Shown: positions 1 to 9,735, counted from the stretch's first letter. The stretch is DNA of 64,000 bases from an uncultured bacterium (GCA_903892035.1 CAITGV010000001.1:226711-290710); one strand, 5' to 3'. Program-made: numbers and translations. The notes: generated by a model not told the origin, from the sequence alone.

Positions 1-2
1 TG

Positions 3-332
3 AATGAACTCGGTGGTGAAAAAATCGATATCATTCCTTGGAGTGATGTTCCCTCACAATTTGTCGCAAGCGCACTCTCTCCTGCAAAAGTTCTCGATAT
101 ACAAATTGACGAAGAAGAAAGAAAAGCTGTTGTTGAAGTAGCAGATGACCAGCTCTCTCTTGCTATTGGAAAAGGTGGACAAAATGTTCGCCTCGCCGCA
201 AAGCTTACTGGTTGGAGAATCGACATCAAAGGCATAAAGGGTGAAGAAGTTGTTTCTTCTGACGAAGTTGGAAAAGAAATGACAGAAGAAGGTTTTGTAA
301 AACTCGAAGATCTAAACAAAGACGAATTATAA
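3..332 (+). CDS. nusA: Transcription factor NusA, C-terminal part (5'-truncated by window)
   Basis: Manual translation [11 protein letters not shown]...ALSPAKV...[28 protein letters not shown] is the NusA KH2 motif; TAA at 330-332. Confidence 0.95.
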   Translation, partial: NELGGEKIDIIPWSDVPSQFVASALSPAKVLDIQIDEEERKAVVEVADDQLSLAIGKGGQNVRLAAKLTGWRIDIKGIKGEEVVSSDEVGKEMTEEGFVKLEDLNKDEL

Positions 333-350
333 TTTAATAACAAATATTTT

Positions 351-938
351 ATGGCAAATATAAATCATAAACCATCGAAGTACATGTTAAATTTGCTTCA
401 TGTTCTGCCTCCTTTTGCAGACGAAGAAGCTGGTGTAGTAAATGCAATCATTGAAGTTTCTGCAGGTAGTATAAATAAATACGAACTCATTACTGAAAGT
501 GGACAACTTAAACTTGACCGTGTTGGTTATTCTTCACTTTCTTATCCTTTTACATATGGAGCAATTCCTATGACATGGGACTACGATGGCGACCCACTCG
601 ATGTTGAAATAGTAAATATCACAGAACCCCTAGTTCCAGGATCACTCGTAGAGGCTCGCGTAATTGGTGTAATGAAATTTATCGACGGCGGTGAAGTTGA
701 CGACAAAATTATCGCAGTATTAAAAGATGATAAACGTTCAGATTACATAAAACACGTAGATGATTTAGGTGAATACTTTAAAACTGAAACAAAATATTTT
801 TGGGAAAACATCAAAGCTCTTAAAAAACCAGGTACAGGAAAAGTTGAAGAATTTTTCGGACCAGAAGAAGCTATGAAAGTTCTAAAAGAATGTGCAGAGA
901 AATACAATAAAGAATACGCTCCTAAGTTAGAGAATTAA
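351..938 (+). CDS. ppa: Family I inorganic pyrophosphatase
   Basis: NKYE, LDR, YPFTYG, DGDPLD and DGGEVDDK motifs. Confidence 0.95.
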   Translation: MANINHKPSKYMLNLLHVLPPFADEEAGVVNAIIEVSAGSINKYELITESGQLKLDRVGYSSLSYPFTYGAIPMTWDYDGDPLDVEIVNITEPLVPGSLVEARVIGVMKFIDGGEVDDKIIAVLKDDKRSDYIKHVDDLGEYFKTETKYFWENIKALKKPGTGKVEEFFGPEEAMKVLKECAEKYNKEYAPKLEN

Positions 939-956
939 AAGTTAAATTAAATATTT

Positions 957-2027
957 ATGGATATTAAAATAAAAAAACTGCCAAAGAGCGAGCTATTTAT
1001 TGAAGGTGAGCTTTCTGCAGAAAAATTTGCATCGTATGAAAATAAAGCACTCAAACATTTGGGTGAGAGAGTTGAATTAGACGGTTTTCGAAAAGGTCAT
1101 GTGCCTGAAGCAATGCTACGCTCAAAAATTCCAGAAATGACTTTAATGGAAGAGATGGCAGAAATGGCATTGGGTGAAATGTACCCCGAGCTTTTAGAAG
1201 AAAATAAAATCGACGCTATTGGTCGCCCGGAAATTGCTATTACAAAGATAGCAAAAGGTAGTCCTCTTGGTTTCACTATCAAAACTGCAGTGCTTCCAGA
1301 GGTCACAATGCCTGACTATAAAAAAATTGCAAAAGAAAATTCTAAAATGGATGCAAGTGTAGATGTAGATGAAAAAGAAATTGATGACGCTCTTCTTTCA
1401 ATTCGTAAAATGCGTGCTCATGACAAAATGCATGAGAACGATACACACGAAGAAGGAGAGGAGGCAAAACACGATCACGGAGAAATAAAAGACGAAGACC
1501 TTCCCCCACTCGACGATGAATTTGCAAAATCTCTCGGACAGTTCGCAAGTATCGATGATTTAAAAACAAAATTAAAAGAAAATCTCAAACTTGAAAAATT
1601 ACAAAAGGAAAAAGAGAAAGTTCGAGTAAAAATTCTTGAAGGAATTATTGAAAAAATGAAAGCCGATGTTCCAGAAATTTTAGTGCAAAGCGAAGTTGAA
1701 AAAATGATTCAAATGATGAGTGCCGATATGGAAAGAATGGGAATGAAATTCGAAGATTATTTAACTCAAATAAAAAAGTCAGAAGCTGAAGTTCGCGAAG
1801 AATTTAAAAAGGAAGGTGAGAAGCGCGCAATGCTTTCTCTAGCCCTTTCTGAAATTGCGAAAATAGAAAAAATTGTTGCTGACGAAGAAAGAATTCAAAC
1901 AGAAGTTTCCGCTCTCCTTGCTCGCTATGCTGATGCCGACCCCGCTCGTGCTCGCATGCACGTCGAAAGTGCTCTCACAAATGAAAAAGTCCTAGCATTT
2001 CTCGAAAGTCAGTCAGACGAAAAATAA
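957..2027 (+). CDS. tig: Trigger factor lacking the PPIase domain
   Basis: GFRKGHVP ribosome-binding motif and LPPLDDEFAK; a short His/acidic linker sits where the FKBP domain would be. Confidence 0.92.
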   Translation: MDIKIKKLPKSELFIEGELSAEKFASYENKALKHLGERVELDGFRKGHVPEAMLRSKIPEMTLMEEMAEMALGEMYPELLEENKIDAIGRPEIAITKIAKGSPLGFTIKTAVLPEVTMPDYKKIAKENSKMDASVDVDEKEIDDALLSIRKMRAHDKMHENDTHEEGEEAKHDHGEIKDEDLPPLDDEFAKSLGQFASIDDLKTKLKENLKLEKLQKEKEKVRVKILEGIIEKMKADVPEILVQSEVEKMIQMMSADMERMGMKFEDYLTQIKKSEAEVREEFKKEGEKRAMLSLALSEIAKIEKIVADEERIQTEVSALLARYADADPARARMHVESALTNEKVLAFLESQSDEK

Positions 2028-2046
2028 AATTTATTTACTAGAATGA

Positions 2047-2088
2047 GAAAAGCACCCCTACATTTAAGTAAGCGGTGCCTTTTCTTTT
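2047..2088. terminator. Hairpin between convergent genes
   Basis: gaaaagcacc...ggtgccttttc imperfect inverted repeat followed by a T-run. Confidence 0.5.
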
Positions 2089-2103
2089 GGATGAGCTGTA
2101 ATT

Positions 2104-2775
2104 TTATTTTACTGCAACATCTTTGTAATTTTTGCCGTTTGCTTTCGCCACGGCATCGGGCGATACTGGATGTCTTCCACCAAACACTGAATGTGTCGGT
2201 ATATTCATGCTCAAACCATTTACATCGGTTTTCGCAGGAACAAAACTTCCAGATTTTTTTTCTACAGCAGGTTGTGTAGAACCTTTTCTCAATTCTCTTT
2301 TCAAAGAATCAAGATTTTGGTTTACTTTATGCAACTCATCACAAGTTGCACCTTCCTTCGCTGGAGTAGTAACGTAATGTACTACTGGCTTTTCAATCAC
2401 TACAGGAGCTGGAATTATTGGTTCCATACCTCCAGCAGAGATACCTAAGTAAAGGTCGTCTGCAAACACAGCATAAGCAACCTTGTGTTCAATTGCCATG
2501 ATATGTTCGGCAGTACCTGCATCGTCTACACTAACCATCTTGCTTCCACCATCTTTGTAAAAGATACGAGCAGGGTTTACGTTTGCTGATGCAATTTCCT
2601 TTAACCAATGTTCCTTCACAGGAACTTGCGTTGGACAAACTGTTTCTTTTTTGAACATTGAGGCAATCCCCATGATCATTAAAGCTAATACTACTAACGC
2701 TATTACAGCGTACATTGCGTTGCGTAACCATTCTCCATGAGACTTAGCATGCGCGTTGAAAGTTTCGTGATTCAT
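2104..2775 (-). CDS. Hypothetical single-TM membrane protein
   Basis: 223-aa ORF with an N-terminal hydrophobic helix and no recognised motif. Confidence 0.6.
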   Translation of the reverse strand: MNHETFNAHAKSHGEWLRNAMYAVIALVVLALMIMGIASMFKKETVCPTQVPVKEHWLKEIASANVNPARIFYKDGGSKMVSVDDAGTAEHIMAIEHKVAYAVFADDLYLGISAGGMEPIIPAPVVIEKPVVHYVTTPAKEGATCDELHKVNQNLDSLKRELRKGSTQPAVEKKSGSFVPAKTDVNGLSMNIPTHSVFGGRHPVSPDAVAKANGKNYKDVAVK

Positions 2776-2922
2776 TATTTAATTATTAAACCCTGACAGG
2801 CGGGTCGCCTTTATTTTTTATAGTATAGCATTTTCAAACCAATTTGTCAAGCTCTGCCTTTACATTTTCTAAAGAACGTTATAATATAAGGTGTTTCCAA
2901 ATATTAGTAAATTTGCTATAGT

Positions 2923-2953
2923 TTAGTCATTAGAAATTAGTAATTTAGACATT
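2923..2953. repeat. Solo heptamer array (ttagtca ttagaaa ttagtaa t ttagaca) in the clpP leader
   Basis: Same 7-mer units as the arms flanking the four-helix-bundle gene at 54541-54570 and 54940-54969. Confidence 0.65.
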
Positions 2954-2958
2954 TATCT

Positions 2959-3552
2959 ATGTTAATCCCAACAGTTATAGAAAAATCACAATTTGGCGAA
3001 CGCGCTTATGACATCTACTCTCGCCTTTTGCGTGAGCGTATTATATTTTTAGGTGGCGCAATAGATGACCACATGGCAAATATTGTAATTGCTCAGCTTA
3101 TTTTCCTCGAACACGAAGACCCGAAAGCAGATATCAAACTCTACATAAACTCTCCTGGTGGCTCAGTCACAGCTGCAATGGCAATTTTCGATACGATGAA
3201 TCACGTAAAGCCAGATGTCTCTACCGTGTGTATCGGTATCGCCGCTTCAGCTGCTGCTGTACTTCTTTCATCTGGAGCAAAAGGTAAAAGATTTGTTTTG
3301 CCAAATAGTGAAGTAATGATTCATCAAGTCATGGGTGGCGCAGAAGGCCAAGCATCCGACATAGCAATCGTCGCAAAGCACATCCTCCGCACAAAGGAAA
3401 ATTTGAATAAAATCTTGGCAAAAAATACTGGCAAGCCAGTCGATCAAATAGAAAAAGACTCCGACCGCGACTACTACATGACAGCCGACGAAGCCAAAAA
3501 ATACGGCATCGTCGATGACATCATAAATAAACCAAAATCTGGAACGAAATAA
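2959..3552 (+). CDS. clpP: ATP-dependent Clp protease proteolytic subunit
   Basis: [29 protein letters not shown] and MIHQ motifs. Confidence 0.97.
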   Translation: MLIPTVIEKSQFGERAYDIYSRLLRERIIFLGGAIDDHMANIVIAQLIFLEHEDPKADIKLYINSPGGSVTAAMAIFDTMNHVKPDVSTVCIGIAASAAAVLLSSGAKGKRFVLPNSEVMIHQVMGGAEGQASDIAIVAKHILRTKENLNKILAKNTGKPVDQIEKDSDRDYYMTADEAKKYGIVDDIINKPKSGTK

Positions 3553-3556
3553 AATT

Positions 3557-3623
3557 TATACCACCCCCGTCTCGAGTACGAGTCACCCCCTCCTAAATTA
3601 GGAGGGGGTTAGGGGGTGGTATA
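3557..3623. repeat. 67-bp palindromic REP/MITE-like element, copy 1
   Basis: tataccaccccc...ccccctcctaaattaggaggggg...gggggtggtata; near-identical copies at 14664-14730 (inverted) and 38672-38738. Confidence 0.9.
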
Positions 3624-3700
3624 TTTATTAATTCGGCTATTTCCTGTTTTGAGTAACCTGTGTTATATTAGAACTATCGACATTTAGCAATTTTAAGAAT

Positions 3701-3808
3701 GCTTACAGGTACGCTTATATTCAAAAATTTTAGATTTTTATGTTTTTCTTTCCAAATACAGCTTTTAAGAACTAAAATAAAACCTTTGATACAGGGCTAC
3801 TTGTAGGC
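3701..3808 (+). ncRNA. Candidate structured RNA or leader upstream of rny
   Basis: GCUUACAGGUA (3701-3711) pairs fully, with G-U pairs, to UACUUGUAGGC (3798-3808); nested ucaaa/uuuga and uuuuag/cuaaaa stems. Confidence 0.35.
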
Positions 3809-3819
3809 GCAAAACGTTT

Positions 3820-5346
3820 ATGAGTTTAATAGCAATATTTATAGCAATCGCCGCCCTAGCAGGTGGTACAGGCATAGGATATTACCTACGCCGTGTTGTT
3901 GCACTCGGTCAGCGCCGTTCTATTGAAATCGACATCAAACAAATGATGGTCGGAGCAAAAGAAGAAGCGCAGAGAATAGTGGACGACGCAAAAAAGAAAT
4001 ATGAAGAGAGAGATGGAGAATTAAAAAAACAAGAAAAAGAAAAAGAGGTCGAATACAAACGCACAGAAGAACGTCTTATTAAAAAAGAAGAACTTCTCGA
4101 CTCAAGACAAGTAGAAATAGATAAAGAAGTTGAAAATATAAAACTTAAGGTTGAAGAAGTTAAAAAAATTAAAGAGCGCATCGATGAGGCAGATAAAGTG
4201 AAACAAAAAGAATTGGAAAAAATTTCTCACCTTTCTGTCGAAGATGCCAAAACAGAACTCTTTAAACAAATTGAAGATGAATACGAGCAAGACTTTCTTG
4301 TGCGAATGCAGAAGCTTGAAGTTTCAGCTGCCGACAAACTTGATCGTCGCGCAAAAGAAATTCTTTCAACTGCAATCCAACGTCTCGCCGCTTCTACTGC
4401 TTCAGATATGATGACGACAAATGTCATAATTCCAAATGATGACATTAAAGGAAAAATTATTGGAAAAGAAGGGCGCAACATTCGTGCATTTGAACGTGCA
4501 TCTGGCGTTGAGTTAATTGTCGATGACACTCCAGGAACAATTGTTATTTCATCATTTGATCCTGTTCGCCGACAAGTCGCGCGCCTCGCTTTAGAAAACT
4601 TAATTCTTGATGGAAGAATTCAGCCAGCAAAAATTGAGGAAATGGTAGACAAGGCAAAAGAAGATATAAATAAAATAATTAAAGAAAAAGGTGAACAAGC
4701 AGTTTACGAATGTGGAATATTTAACTTCGATCCACGCCTCGTCACCATCGTCGGTCGTTTATATTTCCGAACAAGTTACGGACAAAACGTTCTACAACAT
4801 TCTATTGAAATGACACACATCGCAGGTATGCTTGCTGAAGAACTTGGCGCCGATGTTGCGATAGCAAAAGCTGGCGCACTTGTTCACGATATCGGAAAAG
4901 CACTCGACCATGAAGTTCAAGGAACTCACATAGAAATTGGAATTCGTATTTTGCAAAAATTTGGTGCAGACCCTCGCGTCATCACAGCGATGAAATCTCA
5001 CCACGAAGACTACCCATACGAAACTATCGAGGCTGTCATCGTGCAAACTGCCGATGCAATTTCTGGAGGTCGCCCTGGTGCTCGTCGTGATAGTGTAGAA
5101 AATTATTTGAAGCGCTTGCGTGAACTCGAAGGATTGGTAAATGCCTTTCCTGGAATAGAAAAATCTTATGCTCTTCAAGCTGGTCGTGAAATCCGAATCT
5201 TTGTCACTCCAGAAAAAGTGAACGATGTCGAGGCTCGTGAAATGGCTCGTGAAATTGCAAAGAAGATTGAAAACGAACTCAAGTACCCTGGAGAAATCAA
5301 GGTTACAATGATCCGAGAAACTCGCGTTATAGAATTTGCCCGCTAA
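3820..5346 (+). CDS. rny: Ribonuclease Y
   Basis: N-terminal TM, coiled coil, KH (KGKIIGKEGRNIR), HD (HDIGK) and ADAISGGRPGAR. Confidence 0.97.
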   Translation: MSLIAIFIAIAALAGGTGIGYYLRRVVALGQRRSIEIDIKQMMVGAKEEAQRIVDDAKKKYEERDGELKKQEKEKEVEYKRTEERLIKKEELLDSRQVEIDKEVENIKLKVEEVKKIKERIDEADKVKQKELEKISHLSVEDAKTELFKQIEDEYEQDFLVRMQKLEVSAADKLDRRAKEILSTAIQRLAASTASDMMTTNVIIPNDDIKGKIIGKEGRNIRAFERASGVELIVDDTPGTIVISSFDPVRRQVARLALENLILDGRIQPAKIEEMVDKAKEDINKIIKEKGEQAVYECGIFNFDPRLVTIVGRLYFRTSYGQNVLQHSIEMTHIAGMLAEELGADVAIAKAGALVHDIGKALDHEVQGTHIEIGIRILQKFGADPRVITAMKSHHEDYPYETIEAVIVQTADAISGGRPGARRDSVENYLKRLRELEGLVNAFPGIEKSYALQAGREIRIFVTPEKVNDVEAREMAREIAKKIENELKYPGEIKVTMIRETRVIEFAR

Positions 5347-5362
5347 AAATTATGTGTGAAAC

Positions 5363-5405
5363 AAGAAAGCCCCCTAGAGATAAGTATCTCAGTGGGCTTT
5401 CTTTT
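5363..5405 (+). terminator. Rho-independent terminator after rny
   Basis: aagaaagccc...gggctttctttt stem with T-run. Confidence 0.6.
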
Positions 5406-5631
5406 AATTATTTTCATGACACATCAATCTCAAATTCAGTTTCACAGTTCTGGCAAGCTTGTATCATACTCGTAATAGTATGGTAATTGTCACCTATCGT
5501 CAATCCGCGTGTAACACTAGCTAAATTTTCAGATTACGCAGTGAAACCTATACTAACAATACCGAGGGAGAGTATTGAGGTTTGGTAGTAATGATAGGAT
5601 TAGTTTAGTAATTTTAAATATATAAACTTAC

Positions 5632-5664
5632 ATAACATATTGACGGCCGTCGTTGTGTTATACT
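5632..5664 (+). promoter_or_regulatory. 30-bp imperfect palindrome overlapping an extended -10 (TGtTATACT); candidate autoregulatory operator
   Basis: ataacatattgacgg|ccgtcgttgtgttat, 12 of 15 positions symmetric, directly upstream of the PaaX-like gene. Confidence 0.5.
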
Positions 5665-5676
5665 ATATCTTATATT

Positions 5677-6165
5677 ATGGATATACAAGAGGCGACAATT
5701 GGAGATTTGTTAATTGCTTTTCTTGGCAGTGCACGTAGCACTCGCGCCTTTTACCGAATCCTGCGAGAGCGGGCATTTGAAAGAGCAAATCCAAAGTCAG
5801 TGCGCACTACACTCAATCGATTACAGAAACAAGGTTATGTAGAAAATATAAATAGTGAATGGCAACTGACGGGAAAAAAATATGTAAAGAAACAAAAAAG
5901 ATCTCGTATTTATTTCATTCCCTCCCCTTTTAAAAAATCAGACCCTGATCATGCGATAATTAGCTTCGATATTCCGGAGTCAAAACGCTATGCGAGAAAT
6001 TGGTTAAGAAATCAATTGAAAATTTTTAATTATCGCATGGTTCACCAGAGCGTATGGGTAGGTCCGGGTCCATTACCAAAGAAATTTTCTGAGATAGCAA
6101 AGACTCTTGAAATAGAAACAAACATCCGCATTTTCAAAATTTCAAAAGGAAGTAAAATAAAATAA
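5677..6165 (+). CDS. PaaX-like regulator (wHTH plus Cas2-like ferredoxin-fold domain)
   Basis: SVRTTLNRLQKQGYV helix, ISFDIPESKRYARNWLR and HQSVW; start moved to ATG 5677. Confidence 0.8.
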   Translation: MDIQEATIGDLLIAFLGSARSTRAFYRILRERAFERANPKSVRTTLNRLQKQGYVENINSEWQLTGKKYVKKQKRSRIYFIPSPFKKSDPDHAIISFDIPESKRYARNWLRNQLKIFNYRMVHQSVWVGPGPLPKKFSEIAKTLEIETNIRIFKISKGSKIK

Positions 6166-6195
6166 AAATGCTCACAATTGTGAGCATTTTTATTT
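6160..6195. terminator. Bidirectional terminator
   Basis: aaataaaaatgctcac-aatt-gtgagcatttttattt perfect inverted repeat between convergent genes. Confidence 0.75.
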
Positions 6196-6202
6196 AGTAT
6201 TT

Positions 6203-7192
6203 TTATTTTTCTCCTAGCGTATACCTATCGAGCAAGCATTCAAACATCAGCGGAGCGACGATGGTGGCGTCGGATTCGATGACAAATTTTGGAGTGTCTT
6301 TTGTAAGTTTGTCCCAAGTGATTTTTTCATTTGGTGTTGCGCCGGAGTATGAACCATACGAAGTTGTCGAATCACTTATCTGACAGAAGTAAGCCCATGG
6401 TTTTACTTCTTGCTCTAGATCGTATTTGATAGAAGGCACAACACAAATTGGAAAGTCTCCAGAAATCCCCCCACCAATTTGATAAAATCCACAACCAAAA
6501 CCTTCCGAAAGTTTTTTATAAACATCGTAAAGGTAAACCATATATTCAACTCCACTTTTTACAATTTTTGGATCAAGCTCTCCCCTTTTACAATATCCTG
6601 CAAAAATATTTCCAAGTGTCGAATCTTCCCAACCAGGCACAACCATTGGTAAATCTTTTTCTGCGGCTGCAAGCAACCAGCACTCCGCTGGGTCACCTTC
6701 ATATAAATCTTTCAATTCTCCAGAGCGTAAAAGTTTGTAAAAATATTCGTGAGGAAAATATCTCTCGCCTTTTTCTTGGGCTTCTTTCCAAAAACGTAAA
6801 ATGATTGCTTCAATTTTTCTAAATGCTTCTTCTTCTGGAATAGACATGTCGGTCACACGGCGGTGCCCAGCGTCCAATATTGCAACATCATCTTCTTCAC
6901 GAAAATATCGATAGTCTGGGAAATCTTTGTAGCTGTGATGTGCAACAAGACGAAAGACTGATTCTTCAAGGTTTGCACCAGTACAAGAAACAGCATGCAT
7001 TTTATTTGCGCGAATCATTGGTGCTAAAGTAATACCAAGTCGTGCAGAAGACATTGCTCCCGCCATAGCGAGGAACATTGTACCACCTTGGTCTAAATGT
7101 TTTTGATAAGCCAATGTCGCATCTTTAAAAGCGCGAGCATTGAAATGGAAAAAAGTATTCGAAACCCAATCAATAAAATTTTTATTTTTCAT
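6203..7192 (-). CDS. Deoxyhypusine synthase-like protein (probable homospermidine synthase)
   Basis: AGAMSSA, CTGANLEE, PGWEDSTLGN, IGGGISGDF, YSGATPNEKITW and ESDATIVAP motifs. Confidence 0.92.
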   Translation of the reverse strand: MKNKNFIDWVSNTFFHFNARAFKDATLAYQKHLDQGGTMFLAMAGAMSSARLGITLAPMIRANKMHAVSCTGANLEESVFRLVAHHSYKDFPDYRYFREEDDVAILDAGHRRVTDMSIPEEEAFRKIEAIILRFWKEAQEKGERYFPHEYFYKLLRSGELKDLYEGDPAECWLLAAAEKDLPMVVPGWEDSTLGNIFAGYCKRGELDPKIVKSGVEYMVYLYDVYKKLSEGFGCGFYQIGGGISGDFPICVVPSIKYDLEQEVKPWAYFCQISDSTTSYGSYSGATPNEKITWDKLTKDTPKFVIESDATIVAPLMFECLLDRYTLGEK

Positions 7193-7214
7193 ACGTTAAT
7201 TATAAGCTATTAAA

Positions 7215-8255
7215 TTATAAAAAAGAAGCAAGTCGGTAAAGCAATCGTGCTCCGACATTTGCGTCCCACTCCCCCTTACCTACCTCGTTTAAATCAAAAC
7301 CAATTATTTTCTTTCCACTTTTTGCCAATTGCTCAATCAAATATACTGCTTGTTCGTAACCAAGTCCATCTGGCACAGGAGTCCCTGTATTTGGGCAATT
7401 TTTCGGATCCAAACCATCAATATCAAAACTGATATATACTTTCTCAGGTAAATTCTTAATTATTTTCTTACACAAATTGTCCCATGTCGCACCATTACTC
7501 ATCTCTCCCGCCATATCTTTCATGTAAAATGCTTCCACGCGACCAGCTGAATTTTTTACAACATCCACTTCCCCTTCTCCGTAATCTCGTATTCCAACTG
7601 CAACCAATTTCTTTAATTCTTTTATTTTCAAAGCATTGTGCATTATAGACGCATGAGAATACGTAAATCCTTCAAAGGAATCTCTTAGATCATGATGAGC
7701 ATCAATTTGTAAAATTCCAAAATCACCATTTATTTCTGCGTGGGCTTGAAAAGCACCGAGCATTGCTCCATGCTCCCCTCCAAGGACTGCAACTTTTTTA
7801 CCCAATTTTGAAAATTTTATTACTTCATTTTTCAACCAAAGATTCAATTTCTCGCTTTCTTTATTTATTTCTGCAAGCTCTTTTTCTAATTTTATATTCT
7901 TTTTCGCTTTTTCACCCAATACTATATTTGCCAAATGTCTTTCTGCTTTCACACGAAGTTCTTTATTTTTTTTCAAAAGTGTTTTTGAAATTGGCTCGAG
8001 TGAAATTCCTTTTTTCCAAAAATCTTTTATTAAAGGATTATATAAGTCGACTTGGTCCGATGCTTCCGAAACTAAAGTAGGAGCACTCGCTGTCCCCTTT
8101 CTGTATGACACAGTCACTTCCCAGGGCACAGGAATAATAACAATTTCACTTTCTTCAGTCGTAAACGGAAGTCCAAAAATATTTCTACCCTCAAAAGCCA
8201 TTGCTGTTGGATCAAAATTTTTTATTTTATCTTCTTTTGTAAGTTTTTTTATCAT
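7215..8255 (-). CDS. speB: Agmatinase / arginase-family ureohydrolase
   Basis: GGEH, DAHHD, SFDIDGLDP..CPNTGTPVPDG and DLNEV motifs. Confidence 0.88.
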   Translation of the reverse strand: MIKKLTKEDKIKNFDPTAMAFEGRNIFGLPFTTEESEIVIIPVPWEVTVSYRKGTASAPTLVSEASDQVDLYNPLIKDFWKKGISLEPISKTLLKKNKELRVKAERHLANIVLGEKAKKNIKLEKELAEINKESEKLNLWLKNEVIKFSKLGKKVAVLGGEHGAMLGAFQAHAEINGDFGILQIDAHHDLRDSFEGFTYSHASIMHNALKIKELKKLVAVGIRDYGEGEVDVVKNSAGRVEAFYMKDMAGEMSNGATWDNLCKKIIKNLPEKVYISFDIDGLDPKNCPNTGTPVPDGLGYEQAVYLIEQLAKSGKKIIGFDLNEVGKGEWDANVGARLLYRLASFL

Positions 8256-8284
8256 AATGCATCTAAATTAAGTAAAATAATCCA

Positions 8285-8348
8285 CGGAATTAATTTTTTG
8301 AAAGGTCCTCGGAAAAAATCCCCAGACCATTTCAAAAAACAAATTCCG
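8285..8348. repeat. Structured hairpin element with GTCCTCGG...CCAGAC core, copy 1
   Basis: cggaattaattttttgaaaggtc pairs with gaccatttcaaaaaacaaattccg; the same core recurs at 36019-36100. Confidence 0.65.
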
Positions 8349-8500
8349 CTTCTTATAAAACCACACTATTTGTATCAAATGTGGCCTGTATTGTCAAAAA
8401 AACAGGCAGGAGTATAATGTCCTTATGTTTCAATGGTTTGACCCAGAGGCCAAACCAGACGCTGGTCGAGCTATTATTCGTTTAATTTTAAATAAACACA

Positions 8501-8773
8501 ATGAATAAACAAGCACTAGTAGAGTGGGTTCACGGCAAAATCGGGGGCACAAAGGTTGCTTCAGAAGAAGTCGTAGACGGTTTGATTGAGGCTATCATCG
8601 GTACTTTAAAAAAAGGAGGTGAAGTTTCAATTGCAGGCTTGGGAATCTTTTCAGTCAAGGCACGCGCAGCTCGTATGGCTCGCAACCCAAAGACTGGCGA
8701 AGCTGTAAAAGTTGCAGCTACAAAAGTTCCAAAGTTCCGCGCAGCAAAAGCATTCAAGGATGCTGTAAAATAG
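8501..8773 (+). CDS. hup: HU family DNA-binding protein
   Basis: MNKQAL..., GLGIF, RAARMARNPKTGE and PKFRAAKAFKDAV motifs. Confidence 0.96.
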   Translation: MNKQALVEWVHGKIGGTKVASEEVVDGLIEAIIGTLKKGGEVSIAGLGIFSVKARAARMARNPKTGEAVKVAATKVPKFRAAKAFKDAVK

Positions 8774-8790
8774 TTTTTTTCTCATGAGGA

Positions 8791-8826
8791 AATTAAAAAA
8801 TCACCCAAACGGGTGATTTTTTAATT
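8791..8826 (+). terminator. Rho-independent terminator after hup
   Basis: aattaaaaaatcaccc-aaac-gggtgattttttaatt. Confidence 0.8.
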
Positions 8827-8879
8827 GTTGCAAACTTCTCAATAGTGAGTATAGTGAGAAAGTATAAAAAAATTAAATA

Positions 8880-9332
8880 ATGCATATGAAAAATGACATT
8901 TTAGTGTACTCAAAGAATCCAGATTTTTTTAGTACTATCTACCCTACTCTAGGATTAGATACCTTAACAGGAGAAAAGATACAATTTAGTGAATATACTA
9001 AATTTAGTACTTTTTTTCGAGAAATGAGAACGTTGCCAGATATAATGCTAGTAGACAAGCTTAGTATTAGTTTTCCTGAAATGGGAGATATAATTCAAAT
9101 TGTTTACCCTTATATCGACGATGTCCTAACTGCAGTATTGTATAGTGAAGAAGATGGTAAGAACATTTTTCCATGTTTCGATGAATTAAAAAGAAAACAT
9201 AAAAATTTTTCTGTAATCGGAACAATTGAACCATGGAAACTAGGGTCAATGCTTGGTGGAGATTCGGCTCATGCCAGAATTCTTTTAGTACAAATACTAG
9301 AAGGAATTATCAAAAATAAGACAGGTACCTAA
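8880..9332 (+). CDS. Hypothetical protein
   Basis: 150-aa ORF filling the intergenic space; no recognised motif. Confidence 0.55.
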   Translation: MHMKNDILVYSKNPDFFSTIYPTLGLDTLTGEKIQFSEYTKFSTFFREMRTLPDIMLVDKLSISFPEMGDIIQIVYPYIDDVLTAVLYSEEDGKNIFPCFDELKRKHKNFSVIGTIEPWKLGSMLGGDSAHARILLVQILEGIIKNKTGT

Positions 9333-9399
9333 CACGGCCTGTCATTATTTTTTCTTGTGTCAAAACGGCTTTTCTGATATTATGCCAACAGGTTTTCTT

Positions 9400-9470
9400 G
9401 CGGGATTAGTTAAATGGTATAACTCTAGTTTTCCAAACTAGTGTCGGGAGTTCGATTCTCCCATCCCGCA
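9400..9470 (+). tRNA. tRNA-Gly(TCC)
   Basis: gcgggat acceptor, ctagt-tttccaa-actag anticodon arm, gttcgattc T-loop; no encoded CCA. Confidence 0.95.
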
Positions 9471-9531
9471 CATTTGCATTTTCTATACATAAGAATACAA
9501 TTAGTAATTATAATTTAATCAATATAAATTT

Positions 9532-9735
9532 ATGGGAATGGAAAATGGAGGTATTGATCTTAGTAATCCAAAAGTAATAGCTGCAAGAAAAAAATTAATG
9601 GAAGAGGGAAAGCTAAATCCAGGTAATAATTTCATACGCACAGCAGATGGACTAATAATAAGAAAAGAAGACGCAGATGAAGAATCACGAAGAGAAGCAA
9701 GCTCGAAACACGCACCGGCAAATTATCAAAAATAA
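9532..9735 (+). CDS. Small hypothetical protein
   Basis: 67-aa ORF followed by a terminator. Confidence 0.5.
   Translation: MGMENGGIDLSNPKVIAARKKLMEEGKLNPGNNFIRTADGLIIRKEDADEESRREASSKHAPANYQK

Noticed and set aside
5410-5600. Possible pseudogene fragment on the minus strand (MIQACQNCETEFEIDVS)
   Set aside because: Too short and interrupted by stops to support a call
5677-6165. CRISPR Cas2 or CRISPR locus
   Set aside because: The Cas2-like motif is part of a PaaX-type protein; there is no repeat-spacer array or cas1 anywhere in the window
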